Shown: positions 57,474-64,000 of the stretch, in pieces | How positions within the stretch are numbered: position 1 is the stretch's first letter | Layout: each line of letters starts with the position of its first letter | Source: Candidatus Poribacteria bacterium | GTDB lineage: Bacteria > Poribacteria > WGA-4E > WGA-3G | Assembly (NCBI GenBank): GCA_963665235.2 | Contig: CAXXLX010000001.1 | Location: 2,752,001 to 2,816,000 of the forward strand | Direction: 5' to 3' | DNA length: 64,000 nucleotides | Notes under the pieces: generated by a model | Told to the model about the DNA's origin: nothing | Databases searched by the model: none | What the model saw: the letters and a program-made list of their open reading frames with translations, nothing else | Position numbers and translations under genes: made by a program

Positions 57474-57947
57474 TCAATTTTGCATATCGTTCAGGTTTTG
57501 AGGGGGTTCAGGTGGGGGTTCATTGAACGGTATACCTTTAATTTCAGCGCCCATTCTGCGTTCGTTCCATGCTGCCCACAGTTGATAGTTTTCGGCTCTA
57601 CCTTTTGCTTCACCTTCGGCTCTGCCTTTTGCTTCTGCTGCTTCGACCTGTTTTTTTACTTTCATTTTAAACTTACTTGTCAAATACATAGCAATATCTC
57701 CGATTTGAATAATGGCAATCATAACGACACCCTCTACGATACTGAACCCAGCGAGGTGTGCCCAAATTCCCTCTAATCTATCCTCCAATATCTTGCTGCT
57801 GTTGAGAAACTTTCGTATGAAAATCCAGGCTGCATACCCCAAAAAGAGGATTGAGTAGACTTTTGACGCTATATTTACGTATTTTCGCTGGATGCCGATA
57901 AAAGGAACAATTTCGTTATCCCTATCGTAGTCTTTTTGATTGTCCAT
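57474..57947 (-). CDS. Two-TM membrane protein with EG/KG coiled repeats and Pro-rich tail, copy A
   Basis: Near-identical to 58265-58762. 'AEAKGRAEGEAKGRAE' and 'PFNEPPP'. Confidence 0.7.
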   Translation of the reverse strand: MDNQKDYDRDNEIVPFIGIQRKYVNIASKVYSILFLGYAAWIFIRKFLNSSKILEDRLEGIWAHLAGFSIVEGVVMIAIIQIGDIAMYLTSKFKMKVKKQVEAAEAKGRAEGEAKGRAENYQLWAAWNERRMGAEIKGIPFNEPPPEPPQNLNDMQN

Positions 57948-58264
57948 CTATGATGCTCTTTTGTTATATATTATGATAGCATATTCTACGCGAATATGCT
58001 ATCTTTTTTAATTTAAACTATATTGATAGGGATTGCCTCGACTCGCGTTTGCAGGTGTCTGCCCACGTATAAAAAAATAGTCGCGTCTACACATCAATAC
58101 CAAAAATAAGGACAGGAATATCAATGTGAGCAACGTCCCGCTGCTCTAAATTCCACACAAAAGGTAACGTTTAATACTTTCCGACTGCTGGTTCGATTTC
58201 CAGCTGTACGTCATGCACTCCGACCACTGTTTTGTAAAAAAGTCCACAGAAGCGAACGTTGGCA

Positions 58265-58762
58265 TTAATCTTGTATATCGTTCGAGTTTTGAGGGGGTTC
58301 GGGTGGTGGTTCATTGAACGGTATGCCTTTGATTTCAGCTTCCATTCTGCGTTCGTTCCATGCTGCCCACAGTCTATAGCTTTCGGCTCTGCCTTTTGCT
58401 TCACCTTCGGCTCTACCTTTTGCTTCACCTTCGGCTCTGCCTTTTGCTTCTGCTGCTTCGACCTGTTTTTTTACTTTCATTTTGAACTTACTTGTCAAAT
58501 ACATAGCAATATCTCCGATTTGAATAATGGCAATCATAACGACACCCTCTACGATACTGAACCCAGCGAGGTGTGCCCAAATTCCCTCTAATCTATCCTC
58601 CAATATTTTGCTGCTGTTGAGGAACTTGCGTGTGAAAATCCAGGCTGCATACCCCAAAAAGAGGATTGAGTAGACTTTTGACGCTATATTTACATATTTT
58701 CGCTGGATGCCGATAAAAGGAACAATTTCGTTATCCCTATCGTAGTCTTTTTGATTATCCAT
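58265..58762 (-). CDS. Two-TM membrane protein with EG/KG coiled repeats and Pro-rich tail, copy B
   Basis: Duplicate of copy A with one extra 24-bp GEAKGRAE unit. Confidence 0.7.
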   Translation of the reverse strand: MDNQKDYDRDNEIVPFIGIQRKYVNIASKVYSILFLGYAAWIFTRKFLNSSKILEDRLEGIWAHLAGFSIVEGVVMIAIIQIGDIAMYLTSKFKMKVKKQVEAAEAKGRAEGEAKGRAEGEAKGRAESYRLWAAWNERRMEAEIKGIPFNEPPPEPPQNSNDIQD

Positions 58763-58862
58763 CTATGATGCTCTTCTGTTATATATCATGATAGCATATT
58801 CTACGCGAATATGTCATCTTTTTTTTTATGGAGGGAGCACTAGAGACCTTCTTGAAGGGTTT

Positions 58863-60773
58863 CTATTTCGGCACCGTTGGTTGTGTCCCTTGATAATATT
58901 CCCCTAGCACTTCATTGGCAAGACTTCTACCGTCCTCTATGACCTGTGCGGCGAAATCAAGCGTAACCTGTGCAATACCCGCCTCTTGTGCACGTTGTTC
59001 GATGCGCGTTTGGGTAATATTTCGCATAAACCCGGCAGGCACTAACGCCAAACGTTCCATCGCTTCATCTGTCCATTGCAGGGAACTGTTAAAGGCCTCG
59101 CCTGTTTCAGCGTTTTGGGATTTAGTTTGTGCTTGCATGGCTCTGAGTTCAGGGGCATCTTCTCGGACAGCTGCAGCTTCCCCCATGCTATCATTGATAA
59201 TCTGCGTTGCGAACGCGTTTGTAATAGTTGCAATTTTCTGGGCACGTGCGGATTTTTCAATTCGGGCTTTCACGTTACGCCGCATATAGCCCCGGGGCAC
59301 CGTCCGCAGTGCTTTTTTCGACTGCTCCGACCATTGCAAGCGGACACCGTCAAACGTTTCCTCTTCTGCTGTACCGCCTTCATTAATAGCGATGTGTTCA
59401 AGTGAATTTTTGTCAACCATCTGAAAACGTTCAGGGGGTGAACTACAGACAGGACATTTTATGGGTTGTTGATTATGCGCAGCGTAACCACATTCACCAC
59501 AGATATAGGTCTGCACTGCCCCCGCCTCTAAGACCTTCTGCTCCGCAATTTCTTTAGCAACGCGAGTCAATTTTTCGGAGGCGCGTTGCGGCATAATTGC
59601 CTCCATCGCTTTGTCGATGACGCTCTCGGTAATTACCGAATGGCCACGCTCAATGGCAAAACGGTGAACTGCTGTCTTCGCTATACCGCGGACGAGTGGG
59701 GGGGCTTTCTCCATCCGGTCCAACGCCTCTTGTGTCCACACAAGCGTCTCCTCCGCTTTTACATCAATCTGCGGAAAATAACGTTGACTTGACAGCAAGA
59801 CATTGCAAGGTGCAAGCCGTAAAAGGTTTTCAGCATTGCTACCGATGTCCATATCCTGCTCACTGTGGACACCGATTCTGCCTAAGACGAGTAGCCACGG
59901 TTCTGTTTTTCGTGTATATTGTAGAATCTTTTCGTAAGCTTTTCCATCAAGTAGGGTAATTTTTAGGGTGTAGTCGTGCTCCTCTTTCGCAATAGAACGG
60001 GCAACCTCTAGATGCGACTGATAGATTTTCGCTAACCCCGTATCAATCACCTCTTCGTGTAGCTGTTCCTGCTCTTTAAATCTGAAAGTTCTCGCAGCAC
60101 GTTCCGTTAGCACGTTGACGACAGAATTAAAGACGATATAATGCAGATACGGGTCATAGACACCAACCGCTTCGACCTGTTTGTTGAACGCTTGCCCGAG
60201 GCGGATAGCGGTTTTCAATCCTGAGAAGGATTCGGGGCTACCATCAATTCCGACCAGAATATTGCCGGGCTGTTCTGCTACAGGTTCCAGGTTTCGAACA
60301 ACGAGCGTATCGGTGTTGATACGGCGTACCACGCGTTCACAGACACCGCCGATTAGACTATCCTTAACTGCCCCCATGCCAAGCGCACCCATAATCACAA
60401 GGTCATAGTCGCTCGCCTGAATGTCCTCCACGAGTTTGATAAAGTGTTTGCCTTCAGGCATTTTCGCTTCGAACGGAATATTAAATTCAGTGCACTTCTG
60501 TTTCATCACCTCAAGGTAGGAATCCGAAATCAGTTGCAAACCCATCGTAATGAGCGTATCGTGGATGCGGCGTTGTTTTTCAAGTTCAACTTCGTCCTGA
60601 TATTCCTCTGGTAAGGTGTACTCCATCTGTTTGAACCGCACATCGTGCATTTTCGCCGCGTAGACATGAGACCCTACCAGCTGCGAACCAAATTTCTTAG
60701 CGAATTCCACAGCTAAGGCGATACTTGCATCTGAATAGTCCGAATTATCAACGGGCACGTAAATGTTTTTCAT
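58863..60773 (-). CDS. Tandem universal-stress-protein domains + 3 PCP_red domains + rubredoxin-like CxxC/CxxC module
   Basis: USP motifs 'IYVPVDNS', 'DLVIMGALG', 'ILVGIDGS', 'IGSNAENLLR'. PCP_red motifs 'WTQEALDRM', 'WSEQSKKAL', 'WTDEAMERL'. Rubredoxin-like 'YICGECGY...CPVC'. Confidence 0.85.
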   Translation of the reverse strand: MKNIYVPVDNSDYSDASIALAVEFAKKFGSQLVGSHVYAAKMHDVRFKQMEYTLPEEYQDEVELEKQRRIHDTLITMGLQLISDSYLEVMKQKCTEFNIPFEAKMPEGKHFIKLVEDIQASDYDLVIMGALGMGAVKDSLIGGVCERVVRRINTDTLVVRNLEPVAEQPGNILVGIDGSPESFSGLKTAIRLGQAFNKQVEAVGVYDPYLHYIVFNSVVNVLTERAARTFRFKEQEQLHEEVIDTGLAKIYQSHLEVARSIAKEEHDYTLKITLLDGKAYEKILQYTRKTEPWLLVLGRIGVHSEQDMDIGSNAENLLRLAPCNVLLSSQRYFPQIDVKAEETLVWTQEALDRMEKAPPLVRGIAKTAVHRFAIERGHSVITESVIDKAMEAIMPQRASEKLTRVAKEIAEQKVLEAGAVQTYICGECGYAAHNQQPIKCPVCSSPPERFQMVDKNSLEHIAINEGGTAEEETFDGVRLQWSEQSKKALRTVPRGYMRRNVKARIEKSARAQKIATITNAFATQIINDSMGEAAAVREDAPELRAMQAQTKSQNAETGEAFNSSLQWTDEAMERLALVPAGFMRNITQTRIEQRAQEAGIAQVTLDFAAQVIEDGRSLANEVLGEYYQGTQPTVPK

Positions 60774-60807
60774 GAAATTTTCCTCACTTGTCGTTAAAAG
60801 AGAGAGC

Positions 60808-61074
60808 TCACTCTGTCTCCATATTATTATCAGCAGGTTTGTGACGAGCCCCTAGCAAACCTCCGAGGACATGGGCAAGCAGGGTTGCCGGCCATAAGTA
60901 CACCATCGCGGTTTGCCATTCCCAGTGGAGGATGAAACGGCGCACGACGATGTTGAGCACAATCGGGATATAGAGGCATCTGCCCCAGGGGCGGCTGAAT
61001 CTTTTAAACCGTACGCGAAAAAATCCGAACGGAAAATGAATCAGAAATGCCGCAATCGAAATTAAAAAATTCAA
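60808..61074 (-). CDS. Small hypothetical membrane protein
   Basis: Hydrophobic 88-aa ORF with ATGA overlap to the SCO gene. Confidence 0.6.
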   Translation of the reverse strand: MNFLISIAAFLIHFPFGFFRVRFKRFSRPWGRCLYIPIVLNIVVRRFILHWEWQTAMVYLWPATLLAHVLGGLLGARHKPADNNMETE

Positions 61075-61709
61075 ATCCGCTGTTTTCCAAGGAGTAGTTT
61101 GATATCTTTACGTAAACGTTTCAGCGCGGCTTTACTACGGCTGTCGTAGTAGTTGTAAATGTTTCCATCTGATGAGACGAGAGCAAACCTTGTGCTATGC
61201 GGAAATGCTCCGCTGTGATGGGCAGCCGATAATTTAAAACCTGCGTTAGCCAGTTGATAAATCTGTTCCTTTTCCCCTGTCAAGAAATGCCATCGCTGCG
61301 CGTCTGCCCCATATTGCAACGCATAACGCGAGAGAACAGCTGACGTATCTCGCTCCGGGTCAACTGTGAAAGAGACGAAATTCACCTGTTCTGAGTCAAA
61401 TTCCGATTGGAGACGTGCCATCTCCTGCGTCATTATAGGACATATCGTTGGACAGTGGGTGAAGATAAAATCCGCAACCCAGATTTTTCCCGCCAAATCG
61501 GATAAATCTAACGAATGCCCATCCTGATTAGTTAAACTGAAATCTGGAACAGAAGCAACCTCTGACGCAGGCTCCGGTTTTTTATCGAAAACTAACCACA
61601 AATTGAGCACCGCAATACCGATTACGATAATACCCAACACAATCCAAGGGAGGGTGCTCTTTTGAAGCTTCTGCTCATCAGGCTTGAGGTTGTTAGACCG
61701 ATTCTCCAT
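61071..61709 (-). CDS. SCO family copper chaperone
   Basis: 'DFIFTHCPTICP' (CxxxC), 'SFTVDPERDT', 'WHFLTG', 'HS'. Confidence 0.93.
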   Translation of the reverse strand: MENRSNNLKPDEQKLQKSTLPWIVLGIIVIGIAVLNLWLVFDKKPEPASEVASVPDFSLTNQDGHSLDLSDLAGKIWVADFIFTHCPTICPIMTQEMARLQSEFDSEQVNFVSFTVDPERDTSAVLSRYALQYGADAQRWHFLTGEKEQIYQLANAGFKLSAAHHSGAFPHSTRFALVSSDGNIYNYYDSRSKAALKRLRKDIKLLLGKQRI

Positions 61710-61756
61710 ATTTGTCCACGCATATAATTGGAACAGATGTTACACCCGCCCAGGTC

Positions 61757-62095
61757 CTAGTCCGCCGTGGTATTAACAACCTCTACTGCCGATTTCTCTA
61801 TGCCTTTGTGCCGCGCATCTGATGTCAAATCGGGCATTAACATAATGACAAGGAAAACACAGATAAGAAAAGGCGTAATGACGATAGTTGCCAACGTACG
61901 CTTTTCAAATTTTAAATGCATGAAATAGATAGCAACCAAGGCCGCCTTAGAGCAGGCCAATCCGACAAGCAATATCCCTTTGAGCAAAAGGGAATATTCA
62001 GGGATTGCTACGCCAATTTCAACAGCGGTCAGCACAGCAAGCCACACGAAAATAATCATGTACTTTGGATGTTCTTTGTGTCCATCTTGAGCCAT
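61757..62095 (-). CDS. ctaF: Cytochrome c oxidase subunit IV (CtaF-like)
   Basis: 'LAVLTAVE', 'KAALVAIYFMHLKFE'. Confidence 0.85.
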   Translation of the reverse strand: MAQDGHKEHPKYMIIFVWLAVLTAVEIGVAIPEYSLLLKGILLVGLACSKAALVAIYFMHLKFEKRTLATIVITPFLICVFLVIMLMPDLTSDARHKGIEKSAVEVVNTTAD

Positions 62096-62107
62096 ATTTA
62101 TGTCCTC

Positions 62108-62758
62108 CTAGAGTAGATAGATGAAGGTGAAAACCATAATCCAGATAAGGTCAACGAAGTGCCAGTAAAGTCCCACAATTTCCACTTCATGGTTAAACTC
62201 AGCTGTATACCGGCCTGACCATCCATTTCTCAATATGACAGCGAGGTAGATAACACCGCCAGTTACGTGTAACCCGTGGAAACCCGTAATAGCATAAAAA
62301 GTGGGGCCGAAAAGTGTTGAACCGCTAATTGCATCTCCGGATAGACCGTGCTCCGGAATTCCTGTAAGTGTCAACCCATGGTGAATCAGATGATACCATT
62401 CATAAGCTTGTAACCCAAGGAAGATAACACCCCCTAAAATTGTCAACCCCAGAAAGTCACACATTCTTCCAACATCACCTTTCTGAATTGACTCCAATGC
62501 TTTCACCATCGTGACACTACTGCATATCAGCAGGAACGTCATAAAAGCGGTCAGGTTAATACCGAGTATCGCGCTTGGCGGCACCCATCCGATTACACCT
62601 GCACCCGCCCGGAGTGCCGCGTAAGCCGCGAGCAGGGCACCGAACGACATGGTATCCCCAACGAGGAAAATCCACATGCCGAGCTTACCGAGGCTATCAG
62701 GCGTAAGCGACGGTTCGTATACGTCTTCAGTATGTTCTAAAGTGGTAGCATGTTCCAC
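62108..62758 (-). CDS. ctaE: Heme-copper oxidase subunit III
   Basis: 'KLGMWIFL..D..SF', 'T.LLI.SS.T', 'FY.ITGFHGLHV', 'GLYWHFVDLIW'. Confidence 0.93.
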   Translation of the reverse strand: MEHATTLEHTEDVYEPSLTPDSLGKLGMWIFLVGDTMSFGALLAAYAALRAGAGVIGWVPPSAILGINLTAFMTFLLICSSVTMVKALESIQKGDVGRMCDFLGLTILGGVIFLGLQAYEWYHLIHHGLTLTGIPEHGLSGDAISGSTLFGPTFYAITGFHGLHVTGGVIYLAVILRNGWSGRYTAEFNHEVEIVGLYWHFVDLIWIMVFTFIYLL

Positions 62759-62810
62759 TATACTAAACTCCTTTTCTGTTTATTGTCTAAAATTAATTGG
62801 GGAGTGTACG

Positions 62811-63026
62811 TCACGTCTTCAGTGCTCTATAATGGTAGAAGACGCTGCCCCCGATGATACCGAAAACCGTAAACGGCATCGCCATCATAAAAAGCACACT
62901 CCAATTAAAACCCCGCGCAATCGGTTCGTCAAGATTCTTGCATGCAGGGCATGCTTCAAGGCTGACAGGCACAAGCGAAACGAGCAAACCGATTACGAAA
63001 ATCCAAAAGAGAATCTGACGAAGCAT
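62811..63026 (-). CDS. Small membrane protein with CxxC (cox-cluster accessory)
   Basis: 'ACPACK...ARGFNWSVLFMMAMP'. ATG at 63026 with RBS GGGAG. Confidence 0.6.
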   Translation of the reverse strand: MLRQILFWIFVIGLLVSLVPVSLEACPACKNLDEPIARGFNWSVLFMMAMPFTVFGIIGGSVFYHYRALKT

Positions 63027-63037
63027 AAGTCTCTCCC

Positions 63038-63628
63038 TTAAGCGAAATATACCAAAAAATAGAGGACTGGCCACAGGGCAACCACAAAAATCCAATAAAT
63101 CGTGCATGTTTCAACACCGGTATACCGGACCGATGAAAACCTGCCCGCTATTGCCATACCCGCGACAATCATCAACCAAATTACCGCACCTAACACGTGA
63201 ACCGCGTGGCACCCGATAAGCACATAAAATATCCCGCCATACACCCCAGATTGGAGCGTCAGCCCTTTGTGAACGAGTTGCACCCATTCGCTTCCCTGTA
63301 TTACGAGGAAAAGCAAACCTAATGTACCCGTGAATATTAACCAATTGCGGAGCTGCGTGACCTGGTCTCTCCGAATCGCGCGCAGGGCCTGAAACATCGT
63401 GTATCCGCTCAGTAGCAGAAGGACCGTATTGATGCCTGTTACCGCACGCGGCAGTTGAATGTCAGCGTGAGACAGCGGCGGCCACATGACATTTCCCATC
63501 CGAAATACGAGAAACGCACCGATAAGTCCGACGAATAACATCGTCTCAGCACCGAGTAGAACGAGTATACCCAAGCGGGCGTTGCTCATTGGACGACTTT
63601 GCGTAATTTCGGAATCGCTATATGCCAT
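63038..63628 (-). CDS. Heme-copper oxidase subunit III paralogue
   Basis: 'LG...LL.AETMLF', 'NT.LLLLSG', 'FYVLIGCHAVHV', 'YWIFVVALW'. Confidence 0.88.
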   Translation of the reverse strand: MAYSDSEITQSRPMSNARLGILVLLGAETMLFVGLIGAFLVFRMGNVMWPPLSHADIQLPRAVTGINTVLLLLSGYTMFQALRAIRRDQVTQLRNWLIFTGTLGLLFLVIQGSEWVQLVHKGLTLQSGVYGGIFYVLIGCHAVHVLGAVIWLMIVAGMAIAGRFSSVRYTGVETCTIYWIFVVALWPVLYFLVYFA

Positions 63629-63629
63629 C

Positions 63630-63866
63630 TCATGCACCTTTTTTGATAATCCTAAGAATAATCTCAACAATCGCTGAGCCTATCAGCAAAAACCCCGCAG
63701 TACCGGCAATCGCTATGATAATATAGGTAACAATTTTCTTGACAGATGGCGCAGCTTCAAACCCTGAAACAAATCCCAATATAGAAAGGGTGAACAATCC
63801 TATAAACAGTAAAACCAATAGGGCACCAACTATACGATTTCGCTTGCGATGTTTCTGCATGTTCAT
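63630..63866 (-). CDS. Small two-TM hypothetical protein
   Basis: GGAGG RBS, basic N-terminus and two hydrophobic helices. Confidence 0.55.
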   Translation of the reverse strand: MNMQKHRKRNRIVGALLVLLFIGLFTLSILGFVSGFEAAPSVKKIVTYIIIAIAGTAGFLLIGSAIVEIILRIIKKGA

Positions 63867-63885
63867 GAGGCCTCCGATAGCTAAA

Positions 63886-63999
63886 CTAAATTTTGTCAAT
63901 TGCCATCGTAATAAATATCAGCGGTAAGTACAGCAGGGACGCGTGCAAAACGTACCGTGCCGCTTTCACAGAGCGGCTTTTCTCTAAATAGATGCCACT
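63886..63999 (-). CDS. ctaB: Partial protoheme IX farnesyltransferase (heme o synthase) C-terminus
   Basis: Translates to 'SGIYLEKSRSVKAARYVLHASLLYLPLIFITMAIDKI*', typical of a CtaB/CyoE C-terminus. The cox-operon context agrees. Confidence 0.7.
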   Translation of the reverse strand, partial: SGIYLEKSRSVKAARYVLHASLLYLPLIFITMAIDKI

Positions 64000-64000
64000 T

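Noticed and set aside
57474-58762. Duplicated genes as a DGR template/variable repeat pair
   Set aside because: The differences are not adenine-specific, whole genes plus promoters are duplicated, and no reverse transcriptase is in the window.
54116-60773. PCP_red domains as evidence of phototrophy
   Set aside because: Only the small C-terminal domain is present. There are no BchL/N/B catalytic subunits or other photosynthesis genes.

Overview
This is a bacterial window of roughly mid-range GC. It is most likely from Candidatus Poribacteria, which is an inference from the C-terminal 'AVEPAGKLTTTWGTLK'-type motifs, an 'HLPDGARVRIGKG'-type WD40 protein, two PhyH dioxygenases and two PQQ propellers. 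Housekeeping and catabolic genes (truA, folD, cysC, an enolase-superfamily enzyme, SDR, Gfo/Idh/MocA, GH32, FAH, a PLP D-amino-acid enzyme, an ECF sigma/anti-sigma pair) are interleaved with many defence genes. These include an Hhe-like DUF4011 helicase-nuclease, an ABC-ATPase+PIN pair and a ~14.5 kb type I restriction-modification island (37.7-52.3 kb) packed with cargo. Within the island, HsdS is fused in-frame to a DUF433 antitoxin domain and followed by a DUF5615 PIN gene; this insert is bounded by a duplicated hsdS 3' end. The island also has an ABC-ATPase followed by two TOPRIM-like paralogues with complementary loss of catalytic motifs, a second ATPase with a putative nuclease, and an Rpn gene whose intragenic small-protein ORF is duplicated as a free-standing gene. 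The right end holds part of a heme-copper oxidase operon with an unusual USP-PCP_red-rubredoxin protein, an Mrp ATPase and a second PCP_red protein. Intergenic DNA carries two MITE-like families containing expandable REP-like hairpins, a 6x35-bp GTAG-REP array and a decayed tnpB element. No rRNA, tRNA or CRISPR array was recognised. All family assignments are by eye from motifs, not from database searches.
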